Below, in pieces: positions 19,778 to 28,641 of a stretch of DNA of 64,000 bases (positions are counted from its first letter, which is position 1; each line of letters starts with the position of its first letter). The notes beneath the pieces were generated by a model, which had not been told where the DNA came from, searched no databases, and saw only the letters and a list, made by a program, of their open reading frames with translations. Source of the DNA: Nitrospinaceae bacterium. Its GTDB lineage: Bacteria; Nitrospinota; Nitrospinia; Nitrospinales; Nitrospinaceae. Made by a program: the position numbers and the translations under genes. The stretch covers positions 608,001-672,000 of the forward strand of contig OZ245011.1 in assembly GCA_965223665.1 (NCBI GenBank). Direction: 5' to 3'.

Positions 19778-22207
19778 ATGGCAACCAAGACAAGAGGTGT
19801 TTCTTCGAAAAGGACAAACTTAAGTATCAAATTACCGAAAGGGAGTGTGAAATCCCGCCCTCGAACAAAAGCAAAACCCAAACCCAAACCTAAATTATCC
19901 TTCAGCAAAGCTAGCGCGAAACCAAAAATAAAAGCTAAAAAAAGAATAAAACTGGCCCCGGGAATGGCAGTAAAGTCTAAAGTCAAACCAAAAGCAAAAT
20001 TAAGTGTAAAACTTCCAAAAGGGGCCTCCGCAAGACCAAAAACCGGAGCAGTTAGGCCTCCTCAAAAATCCTTTGGCCTTGCTCGAGGCGTTCCGGTAAA
20101 TATGATGATTTCCAGGACAAAAGCCTTCGATCTTTCTAAGCAAATTAAATTTAGTAGCGCAACAAGAATAAAAGCGAGTTTGAAGAAGCTAAATGTAAAG
20201 GAAAGACATATTAATCCCTTAATGACTGAAATCCATCGGAAATCAGCAAATAATGCCTTGAAATTTGCTAAAACCATTCTTAGAAAAAGTGATAACGATT
20301 TACAGGGGGAAAAAGAAGGTAGAGAATTGGTGCTATGGGCTGCTGGTCGACAAAGTAAAGACCGACAATTGGTTTGTAAGGCCTTTAAACAATCTAGAAT
20401 GAATCTAATGATGGTTCATGCCATTTCTCAAATGAATCGTCCAAAGGCGAATGTTTATATGAAAGATTACTTTAAAGCCGGAGGGGATCTCAAATCAGTA
20501 TTGAGTTGGCTTGAAGTGGCTGGTGGCGTTTTGGGAAAACATCAAGCAAAGCCTCGTGGAACTGCAGGTGGGGTTGTCAAAGCGGTAAAAAAAGCTGCTA
20601 AATGGGTTAAAGATAAAGTAGAAGATGTGGTTGATGCTGCAAGTGATATGGTGAAATCGGTAGTAGATGCCATTGTCAAGGCAGGGAAATCTATTGCCTC
20701 TGCCATTAGCGCGGCCGTAAAATGGACCGCAAAAAAAATCAAAAATCTTGTGCATGCCCTGCTTGAAGCAGGGCAGAAATTGTTTAACATCCTGAAGGAG
20801 GCTGCAAAAAAAGGAATAAGCGCTTTGAAGAAGTTTGTGAAGGGTGTCATTCAAGCAGGGCAAAAACTGGTTTCTGTATTGTCCTGGGCTGCTACTCAAG
20901 TATTAAATGTGGCAAGAGAAGTTGTAAAAGCAGCCATCCAGGCGGGGAAAAAGGTTTTCCAAATATTAAGGGATGCTGTGAAATTAGCCACCAATGCTAT
21001 GCGTAAAATTGTTCAGGCCTTGATTAAAGCTGGTCGGAAATTAAGTGAAGTTTTATTTAGCGTTGCAAAATGGACGGTAAATAAAATTCGTGATGCTGTT
21101 CACGCTTTAATCGCTATTGGTAAAAAAGTGGTTCATATTCTTCAAGAAGCGGTTCGCAAGGGACTATTTGTATTGGGTAAAATGGTCCAAGGAATTATCA
21201 AAGCGGGTAAAGCCATCCGCGATGCACTCATTTGGGTTTCTAAGAAAACGTTTTCTGCTATTAAAACAGTGGTTCGTGCCATTCTTATGGCAGGAAAGAC
21301 TGTTTTGCGAATTATGATGGATGCGGTTCGACTTGGAGTTCGTGCACTTAAAAAAGTGGTTCAAGCACTTTATAAAATTGGTAGAAAAGTGGGTGAAATT
21401 CTTAAAACTGTCATTACTCGTGGATTCAGTATTATCCGCACCACTTTAGAAGGATTACTTGCTATTGGAATGCAACTGGTTCATGCAGTGAAATCAATTT
21501 TTACCGATATCGTTGCGGGTTTCCGAAAAGGATTTCTACAAGGTCTCCTGGCAATTGTAAAATCACCCTTGAAAATTCTAAAAGAAGCTGCCAAAGCAGG
21601 TGGTGCAATTATTGCGTTAGCCTTCTCTGCATTCATGGAAATGTGGGGTGGTCACCGAGGCTTGACTGCCGCTGAAAAAGTACAAGCACGTAAGGTATTT
21701 GGTTGGTCTATTAATCTTGACCGGGTGAAAATTGCGGTTGCTAGTATTCCGGCTGATGTTGTGAATTGGATTAATGGCGGTAGACCTTTTACCACTATGT
21801 ACGTTATTAATTTTAAATCAGGTACCAAAATCAAAATGGCAACTTTGATCCACGAATTGACTCATGTTTGGCAAGCGGTAATTGCCGGTCCTGTTTACAT
21901 GGTCGAAGCTTTACACTCACAAGCTTTTGGAAAAGGTTACAAAGTGACTCAAGCTGATTTGGATAAAGCGAGTGGAAATATCAAAAAGCTTGAAAGAGAA
22001 CAGCAAGCTAAAGTTGTGGAATGGTATTGGCAGCATAAATTTGCTACCAAAGCGGCAGACAAATCAGGTGCCCAGTTTGACGAAGCAACTTTAAAACCAT
22101 TTTGGGAAGATGTATTTAAGCCAAGGACAACAAAAATTCGATTTAATTCTCGAATTCCAGTGGCAGGTATGATCCGACCTATGCGTATTAAACTTGCTAC
22201 TTCATAG
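19778..22207 (+). CDS. Large cationic helical-repeat protein with C-terminal HExxH zincin (DUF4157/Rhs-associated-like) domain
   Basis: SD gaggag before ATG at 19778; K/P-rich N-terminus; 29-aa repeats; RGLT..E...AR.VFG.SI..DRVKI, LIHELTHVWQ, EQQA. Confidence 0.8.
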   Translation: MATKTRGVSSKRTNLSIKLPKGSVKSRPRTKAKPKPKPKLSFSKASAKPKIKAKKRIKLAPGMAVKSKVKPKAKLSVKLPKGASARPKTGAVRPPQKSFGLARGVPVNMMISRTKAFDLSKQIKFSSATRIKASLKKLNVKERHINPLMTEIHRKSANNALKFAKTILRKSDNDLQGEKEGRELVLWAAGRQSKDRQLVCKAFKQSRMNLMMVHAISQMNRPKANVYMKDYFKAGGDLKSVLSWLEVAGGVLGKHQAKPRGTAGGVVKAVKKAAKWVKDKVEDVVDAASDMVKSVVDAIVKAGKSIASAISAAVKWTAKKIKNLVHALLEAGQKLFNILKEAAKKGISALKKFVKGVIQAGQKLVSVLSWAATQVLNVAREVVKAAIQAGKKVFQILRDAVKLATNAMRKIVQALIKAGRKLSEVLFSVAKWTVNKIRDAVHALIAIGKKVVHILQEAVRKGLFVLGKMVQGIIKAGKAIRDALIWVSKKTFSAIKTVVRAILMAGKTVLRIMMDAVRLGVRALKKVVQALYKIGRKVGEILKTVITRGFSIIRTTLEGLLAIGMQLVHAVKSIFTDIVAGFRKGFLQGLLAIVKSPLKILKEAAKAGGAIIALAFSAFMEMWGGHRGLTAAEKVQARKVFGWSINLDRVKIAVASIPADVVNWINGGRPFTTMYVINFKSGTKIKMATLIHELTHVWQAVIAGPVYMVEALHSQAFGKGYKVTQADLDKASGNIKKLEREQQAKVVEWYWQHKFATKAADKSGAQFDEATLKPFWEDVFKPRTTKIRFNSRIPVAGMIRPMRIKLATS
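20660..21619 (+). repeat. Eleven tandem ~29-aa amphipathic helical repeats (87-nt period) inside the large protein
   Basis: Units VVDAIVKAGKSI.., LVHALLEAGQKL.., FVKGVIQAGQKL.., VVKAAIQAGKKV.., IVQALIKAGRKL.. etc. in 29-aa register. Confidence 0.85.
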
Positions 22208-22216
22208 TAACGAGTT

Positions 22217-23128
22217 ATGAAGCAGCCAAAAGTTTTAGGATGTATAGCTCCTGCTTCTTATCAATCTATTCTCCGGCGGAAATTGGGTGAGATTAATATC
22301 CAAATCCGTTTTCGCCGGAGAAATGATGATGTTTTAAATTCCTACCCCAAAAACGATCCTTATTATATTGAGCAATTAGCTAAATCTCTAAAAAATAAAG
22401 TTGATGCAATTTTGCTAATAGCTCCTAGGCATCGATCTGCTAAAAATATAATTCCCCGTCCAGTTATTGAAGGACTCTCTATAGGGTTATTGTTTTCCAA
22501 TCAACCTGAAGATTTAGATTCATGGTTTAAAGGGCTCAAAGAGCAAACTCAGGGTACATCCACTTGGGCTATTCTTTCAAAGTGGAGCGATTATTATATT
22601 TCCAGAAGTTTACGTGTAGCCAAATGGTTACGGGGTTACAATCCTGAAGGAGTGGAAACTTGGTTTGCGGATGAAGTCTCCCGTGATGAATTATGCCAAA
22701 AACTTGCTACAGGGCCACGGCTAGCTTGGTATATGGGACACGCGCGTGCTCAAGGTTTGTCTGCTTATTATGGAGTTCGTTACCGGCATTTAGAGGAGGT
22801 TTCTGAATTTGCTCCTTGCGGTTCGGTGATTTGTTTGGCTTGTGATACCTTAAAGCAAGTTCGTAAAACCTTACCATTTGGATGTGATTGGGTGTTGAGC
22901 GGACGAGCAGCTGCTTATTTTGGTTCAGTGGCTTCCATTAGCATGTACAGCACTTTAAATATGGCCTATGAAATTGGAGCTGTCATTGAAAACAGGCGTG
23001 CCTTGGTCCTTGGTGATATTCTTGTCCAGTTGGAGAATCGATTTCAACAATTTAAATCGTTAAAGAAAACTCATCAAGCCTTTAAAACTTACCGAATTAT
23101 TGGAAATCCCCTACAGCCATTGCTATAG
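22217..23128 (+). CDS. Clan CD cysteine peptidase, C25 (gingipain)-like, no signal peptide
   Basis: YMGHA (His175) and ICLAC (Cys209), G.AAAYFGS, terminal YRIIGNP resembling the C25 Y.L.GDP end. Confidence 0.72.
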   Translation: MKQPKVLGCIAPASYQSILRRKLGEINIQIRFRRRNDDVLNSYPKNDPYYIEQLAKSLKNKVDAILLIAPRHRSAKNIIPRPVIEGLSIGLLFSNQPEDLDSWFKGLKEQTQGTSTWAILSKWSDYYISRSLRVAKWLRGYNPEGVETWFADEVSRDELCQKLATGPRLAWYMGHARAQGLSAYYGVRYRHLEEVSEFAPCGSVICLACDTLKQVRKTLPFGCDWVLSGRAAAYFGSVASISMYSTLNMAYEIGAVIENRRALVLGDILVQLENRFQQFKSLKKTHQAFKTYRIIGNPLQPLL

Positions 23129-23185
23129 TAATTTTTTTGAATAAGCAAGTGCTCCTTTCCTTGGAAAATTTTTAAAAGGGTTTTT

Positions 23186-23572
23186 ATGGAATTAGATGGT
23201 GTTCATCACATTGGAGTAAACGTGAATAATTTGGATAGAGCCCTGGATTTTTATTGTGGGATATTGGGATTCGAGGTGATTGAGCGGTATGAAGAAAGTA
23301 TAAGGCATGTCATGTTAAATTCCGGGTCGACCGGAATTCATCTTTTTGAAGTCAAAGATCTTAAAATGAACCATGCTTTCGATATTCTAAGTGGCGAAGG
23401 TTATGCCCACATTGCTTTTGGAACTACCGTGGATAAATTCCCTGAAATAATTGAAGAAATGAAAAGCAATAAGGTGGTATTTGAGGGACCCAAATTATTA
23501 GGGAAGGGGAGGTCAATTCATTTTCAGGATCCAGATGGAAACCATCTTGAAATACGGTGCCCGGCATATTAA
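23186..23572 (+). CDS. VOC/glyoxalase family protein
   Basis: HHIGVNV..L..A..FY..ILGF, HIAF, FQDPDGNHLEI. Confidence 0.92.
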   Translation: MELDGVHHIGVNVNNLDRALDFYCGILGFEVIERYEESIRHVMLNSGSTGIHLFEVKDLKMNHAFDILSGEGYAHIAFGTTVDKFPEIIEEMKSNKVVFEGPKLLGKGRSIHFQDPDGNHLEIRCPAY

Positions 23573-23607
23573 TAAATTACTTAACTATATATTGGAGAGC
23601 AAGAGTT

Positions 23608-24171
23608 ATGACTGATGAGATTATTAAAAATCTGGGTCCCTTAGCCCCTTTAGCCGGAATTTGGGAAGGTGATAAGGGAGATGATACTGCACCTTCTGAT
23701 AACAGGGCAATTGAGACAAATAAGTACCGGGAGCGTATAACTTTTGAGCCCATGGGACCTGTGAACAATCATGAACAATGCTTATATGGACTTAGATATT
23801 CTACCACTGCCTGGCGTTTAAGTGATGGTGCTGCCTTTCATGAAGAATTAGGATATTGGCTTTGGGATGGCAAAAATAATCAGGCCCTTCGATGTTTTAT
23901 TGTCCCACGAGGTGTAACCGTTATTGCGGGTGGAACGGTAGATAAAGATGCAAACACTTTTGAACTGGTGGCGGATGTGGGTTCGGAAACATATGGGATT
24001 TGTTCAAACCAATTTTTGGATGAAGAATTTAAAACGGTTCGTTATGAGTTAAAAATAGACATTCATAGCGCTCAAAGCTTTAGTTATGAAGAAGATACCC
24101 AATTAAGAGTAAAAGGGAGGCCTGATATTTTTCATCATATAGATAAAAATACCTTAACACGGGTTGAATGA
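23608..24171 (+). CDS. Heme-binding beta-barrel (nitrobindin/DUF1794-like) protein
   Basis: LGPLAPLAGIWEG.KG, FHEELGYWLW; ATG at 23608. Confidence 0.82.
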   Translation: MTDEIIKNLGPLAPLAGIWEGDKGDDTAPSDNRAIETNKYRERITFEPMGPVNNHEQCLYGLRYSTTAWRLSDGAAFHEELGYWLWDGKNNQALRCFIVPRGVTVIAGGTVDKDANTFELVADVGSETYGICSNQFLDEEFKTVRYELKIDIHSAQSFSYEEDTQLRVKGRPDIFHHIDKNTLTRVE

Positions 24172-24337
24172 TTTTTTATTAGAAATGCAATAGAGGCATT
24201 GATTTTTTATTAGTGGGGATTTATTTTCTTAGTAGGAACCTTTTCCTGAGCACGGCCTGAGGGAGAGATAAACCCACCTTGAATTAGGAAGCAAGGAGCA
24301 AGAGTCTCAGGCCGTGTGTTTTAGAGCTATTAAAAAG

Positions 24338-24370
24338 AAAAAGGGTTTGGAAATTTTCCAAACCCTTTTT
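24338..24370. terminator. Bidirectional intrinsic terminator between convergent genes
   Basis: aaaaagggtttggaa / ttccaaacccttttt perfect stem with A and T tracts. Confidence 0.85.
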
Positions 24371-24403
24371 TGAACTTTAAAACAAGTAATTGACTGAATG
24401 CGT

Positions 24404-24610
24404 TTAACCCCTTCCCAGGTTGCATGAGTTAATTTTAAATAATGAATACAAGGGGCACCAACCAATAATCCCGGTAAGAAATGGAATGATACCCAAAACT
24501 GCTAGAACAATTCCCCACATTCCGCCTGAAACATAAGCGGCGGCAAATAAAAATAACCCTAATACAACACGAAAAGCCCTGTCCAAATTACCTTCATTTC
24601 TTGAAAACAT
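24404..24610 (-). CDS. DUF2892 (YgaP-like) membrane protein
   Basis: NEG.LDR..R, two TM helices, GWCPLY. Confidence 0.9.
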   Translation of the reverse strand: MFSRNEGNLDRAFRVVLGLFLFAAAYVSGGMWGIVLAVLGIIPFLTGIIGWCPLYSLFKINSCNLGRG

Positions 24611-24745
24611 GACACCCTCCTTTATTTATATTTTCTGGATTGGTGCCTCCCAGATGTCCTCTATATATTTAGATGTTGGAAATAAAAATAAGATTTTATG
24701 TGGCAAGGAAATTGTTAAATGCTAGAAGAATTTATTGTATTTGAT

Positions 24746-26563
24746 TTAGGCAGGTTGCTTTTTTTGTTGTTTTCTTAAATGTTCCATTAGAACACGTTTA
24801 CGAATCCTTATATTGGAAGGAGTTATTTCTGCCAGCTCGTCCTGATTTAAAAATCCAAGTACTTGTTCCAGACTCATTTTTCTAGGCGGAGTTAACAATA
24901 TATTTTCATCTGAACCTGCGGCACGGACGTTGGTCAGTTTCTTTTCTCTGCAAATATTAACAACTAAATCATTTTCTTTCTTGTTTTCTCCTACAACCAT
25001 TCCTTCATAAACAGCTTCACCAGGTTTTACAAATAAAGTTCCTCTTTCTTGGAGACCATAAATCGAATAGCCTGTTGCAGATCCGGTTCCCATGGCAATT
25101 AAAGCTCCATTGCGTCTGCCACTAAACTCGCCGGTAAGAGGAATATATTTTTCAAATGTGTGTTGGAGGGTGCCGGTTCCTTTTGTGAGGTTTAAAAACT
25201 CTGACTGAAAACCAAATAAACTACGAGTGGGGATAAGAAACTCTAAACGCGTATGGCCATCTTCCAGATGTGTCATTTGTTTCATGGTGCCTTTACGGGA
25301 ACCCAATGCCTCTATAACCTTTCCTGAATATGTAGATTCTACATCAATCACAGCATATTCTTCAGGTTCGTGACGAACACCATCAATTGTTTGAAATAAA
25401 ACCTGTGGCCGTGAAATGGAAAATTCGTATGCTTCACGGCGCATTGTTTCAATTAGAATACTTAAGTGAAGTTCGCCCCGTCCTGAAACTTTAAACGTAT
25501 CACCTGAACCTGTTTCCTCTATTCGCATAGCTACATTTGATTTCGCTTCCCGAAAAAGGCGATCTCGCAGATTTCTTGCTGTTAAATGTTTGCCATCCTG
25601 CCCAGAAAAAGGAGAATCATTTACAGAAAAATGAATTGCCATTGTAGGTTCGTCAATAGCAATTACCGGCAATGGTTCAGGATTGGCCTGGTCTACTATA
25701 GTCTCACCTATGTCGACATCCTTCATTCCCGCGATTCCAATAATATCCCCTGTATCCGCACGAGTAACCTCCTGTTTAACCAATCCATTATAAGAAAATG
25801 TTTTTTGAAGCTTAAAAGGTTCCGCTTCTCCGGATCTTTTAATTAAAGAATAAGAAGTGCTTTGGTCAAAGGTACCGCGTTCAATTTTTCCTATGGCGAT
25901 TCGCCCCACATAATCGTTGTAATCTATAGAGGTAACCAACATTTGAAAAGGTTCATCTGGAGATCCATTGTGAGGTGAAACTTTATCAATAATTAAATCC
26001 AGCAGGGGGGTCATGTCGTGTTTTTCGCCCTCAGGTTCAAATTGCGAAAACCCTTGTTTTGCAGATGCATAAATTACTGGAAAATCCAGTTGCTCATCAT
26101 TAGCTCCTAAGCTTACGAATAAATCAAAAACCTGGTCTAAAGTCCTTTCGGGATTTGCACCTTGACGATCGACTTTATTGATAACCAAGATAGGGTTGAT
26201 TCCCAGTTCCAGGGATTTTTTTAAGACAAATCTTGTTTGAGGCATGGGCCCTTCAGCAGCGTCAACGAGCAATAGTACCCCATTAACCATTCTCAGGATT
26301 CTTTCGACTTCTCCGCCAAAATCAGCATGACCTGGCGTATCCACAATATTTATTTTATGATTCTTATATTGGATGGAGGCATTTTTTGAAAAAATCGTAA
26401 TTCCGCGTTCTTTTTCTAAATCATTGCTATCCATTACGCAGGTTTCGTGAACGGATCCCTCGCGGAACATTCCACTTTGTTCTAACAGCCGGTCTATTAA
26501 GGTGGTTTTGCCATGGTCGACGTGGGCAATAATTCCAACGTTTCTAATTTTATTCGAGTTCAT
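24746..26563 (-). CDS. typA: Translational GTPase TypA/BipA
   Basis: AHVDHGKTT, DTPGHADFGGEVER, GRGELHL, KKLTNVRAAGSD. Confidence 0.98.
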   Translation of the reverse strand: MNSNKIRNVGIIAHVDHGKTTLIDRLLEQSGMFREGSVHETCVMDSNDLEKERGITIFSKNASIQYKNHKINIVDTPGHADFGGEVERILRMVNGVLLLVDAAEGPMPQTRFVLKKSLELGINPILVINKVDRQGANPERTLDQVFDLFVSLGANDEQLDFPVIYASAKQGFSQFEPEGEKHDMTPLLDLIIDKVSPHNGSPDEPFQMLVTSIDYNDYVGRIAIGKIERGTFDQSTSYSLIKRSGEAEPFKLQKTFSYNGLVKQEVTRADTGDIIGIAGMKDVDIGETIVDQANPEPLPVIAIDEPTMAIHFSVNDSPFSGQDGKHLTARNLRDRLFREAKSNVAMRIEETGSGDTFKVSGRGELHLSILIETMRREAYEFSISRPQVLFQTIDGVRHEPEEYAVIDVESTYSGKVIEALGSRKGTMKQMTHLEDGHTRLEFLIPTRSLFGFQSEFLNLTKGTGTLQHTFEKYIPLTGEFSGRRNGALIAMGTGSATGYSIYGLQERGTLFVKPGEAVYEGMVVGENKKENDLVVNICREKKLTNVRAAGSDENILLTPPRKMSLEQVLGFLNQDELAEITPSNIRIRKRVLMEHLRKQQKKQPA

Positions 26564-26732
26564 AAGCCTTGGAGAAAAAAATTAAGTAAATGTATATAAA
26601 TAATTGAAATTAAAGAAAAAGTTTTTAATGGGAATATTGTTGCGGGACAATATCTAAGGTTGATTTCTATACCATTATAACGTAAGCTATTGAAATTAAA
26701 AACCTTAACATAACTTCCTATTTTTCAATTAC

Positions 26733-27611
26733 ATGGATGCAATAGTTCAAGATTTTATCGATCACTTGACAGTGGAAAGACGGCTTTCCACAAATACAGT
26801 GGAAGGTTATAAAAGAGATATAAGAAAACTGACCAGTTTTCTATGTTCACTTTCTTTGAAAGAAGTTCAAACCAGTGATATACGTCAATTTTTATTATCT
26901 TTGCAACGCCAAAATCTTTCTACTAGGACAATAGCTCGATGTTTGTCTTCCATCAAGGCTTTTTTTAAGTTTTTGTTGATTGAAGGCCAAATTCAAGAAA
27001 ACCCTGCCGAGATCCTGGAATCTCCAAAATTGTGGAGAAAACTTCCGAAGGTTTTGTCTTTGAATGAAGTTTCAAATTTATTAAATGGTCCTGATTTGTC
27101 AACTCTTATGGGACTGAGAGACAAGGCAATGCTCGAAGTGTTATATGCTACAGGTCTCAGAGTATCTGAGTTAGTTTCTATTCAGGTGGGAGATTTAAAC
27201 ATGGATATTGGGTACTGCAGATCTATGGGAAAAGGAAAAAAAGAGCGATTAATTCCTTTTGGTTTGGTGGCCAAGGGCTGGGTTGAAAATTATATAAATA
27301 ATGCCAGGCCTGCCTTATTAAAAGGGAAAAATCATCCTTATCTTTTTGTTTCCCAACGAGGTACAAAAATGACTCGCCAGGGATTTTGGAAAATCCTAAA
27401 ACGATACGCTAAAAAGACCCAAATGAAAGGAGTATTATCTCCCCATACTTTAAGACATGCATTTGCGACCCATTTATTGGAAGGAGGAGCAGATTTACGT
27501 TCTGTCCAGCAAATGCTGGGACACGCGGATATTTCAACCACGCAAATTTATACACATATTCTTGAAAAACGAATGCGGGAAGTCTTTGATCAATTTCACC
27601 CTCGCGCATGA
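26733..27611 (+). CDS. xerD: Tyrosine recombinase XerD
   Basis: LYATGLRVSEL, PHTLRHAFATHLL, LGHADISTTQIY, ends HPRA. Confidence 0.93.
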   Translation: MDAIVQDFIDHLTVERRLSTNTVEGYKRDIRKLTSFLCSLSLKEVQTSDIRQFLLSLQRQNLSTRTIARCLSSIKAFFKFLLIEGQIQENPAEILESPKLWRKLPKVLSLNEVSNLLNGPDLSTLMGLRDKAMLEVLYATGLRVSELVSIQVGDLNMDIGYCRSMGKGKKERLIPFGLVAKGWVENYINNARPALLKGKNHPYLFVSQRGTKMTRQGFWKILKRYAKKTQMKGVLSPHTLRHAFATHLLEGGADLRSVQQMLGHADISTTQIYTHILEKRMREVFDQFHPRA

Positions 27612-27639
27612 TATATTATTGTAAATAAACTTTATTTTC

Positions 27640-27668
27640 TTGACTGTCCATTTAATTACCGCTAACAT
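27640..27668 (+). promoter_or_regulatory. Sigma70-type promoter for the yceD-rpmF-fab operon
   Basis: TTGACT-17 nt-TAACAT. Confidence 0.55.
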
Positions 27669-27728
27669 TTTTAATCTTTTCTGCCCAACTTGTTCCTGGG
27701 GACTGGGATTAGGGCTTAACTGGCCGTT

Positions 27729-28271
27729 ATGAGTTTGATTTTTGAAATTGGGGAAATCCCAGAGTCGGATGACTTAATCCTTGATCAATGTGAACCTAAA
27801 TGCCATTTTTCAATTGATCCCTCAGAAGCAATATTAATTGATGATTTAAAGATCAAGGGGAAATTGGCTCGGGTTAAAGAAGATGTTTGTTTTTCGGGAT
27901 CAATATCTACTAAAATGCAGTTGATTTGTTCCCGTTGTTTAGAACCTTTTGACCATCAATTAAAATCAGAGGTTTCGAGTTATTATATCCCACGTCCCAC
28001 CAGCAAAGCTGAAGAAGGGCAAGAGGTTGAAATACATGCATCGGACGTGGATATAGAGTTTTATTCTGATGACAAAATAGATTTAACACAGTCTATTTAC
28101 GATCAGATTATGTTAAGTTTACCGATTATCAGGCTTTGTAACGAAAATTGCCTAGGTATATGCTCCCATTGTGGGGTAAATTTAAATACAAAAAATTGTA
28201 ATTGTGAAGATGAAGGGGATGTGGATCCTCGCTTTGCTGTTTTAAAATCATTAAAAAATAAATTAAAATAA
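27729..28271 (+). CDS. yceD: DUF177/YceD protein
   Basis: CSRCL, CNENCLGICSHCG, DPRFAVL; precedes rpmF. Confidence 0.93.
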   Translation: MSLIFEIGEIPESDDLILDQCEPKCHFSIDPSEAILIDDLKIKGKLARVKEDVCFSGSISTKMQLICSRCLEPFDHQLKSEVSSYYIPRPTSKAEEGQEVEIHASDVDIEFYSDDKIDLTQSIYDQIMLSLPIIRLCNENCLGICSHCGVNLNTKNCNCEDEGDVDPRFAVLKSLKNKLK

Positions 28272-28286
28272 TATTGAGGAGATAAC

Positions 28287-28469
28287 ATGCCCGTACCAAA
28301 GAAAAAGACATCCAAATCGAAGAGAGGTATGCGAAGAGCACATGATAGCTTAAGCATTCCTTCCTATGGAGAGTGTCCTCAATGCCACGAGAATAAACGA
28401 CCACACCATGTCTGTCCCCATTGCGGCTATTATAAAGATAAAGAAATTATCGAAATAGAAACCGTTTAG
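28287..28469 (+). CDS. rpmF: 50S ribosomal protein L32 (Zn-ribbon type)
   Basis: [23 protein letters not shown]...CPHCGYY. Confidence 0.98.
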   Translation: MPVPKKKTSKSKRGMRRAHDSLSIPSYGECPQCHENKRPHHVCPHCGYYKDKEIIEIETV

Positions 28470-28641
28470 GGTTTAGTTTTTCAACAAGGGATATTTATTC
28501 CAATTCTAATTTAAAGAAAGAAAACAAATTTAACCTTGTGGCGTTTAAATAATAACTTTATACACCTCGATTTCCTCCGAAATTTTAAAGACCAAAAACT
28601 TATAGACCCTTTAGATTCTTCTGGAGGAGAATTTAAGCAAA

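Noticed and set aside
19778-22207. Phage tape-measure protein or prophage
   Set aside because: No phage structural, terminase or integrase genes nearby; zincin C-terminus and C25-like partner do not fit
24700-24716. Sigma54-like TGGCAAG-N4-TTGT
   Set aside because: Lacks the -12 GC and points into the 3' end of typA on the wrong strand
26733-27611. Tyrosine recombinase as an integrase of a mobile element
   Set aside because: Canonical XerD features, housekeeping neighbours, no att sites or cargo seen
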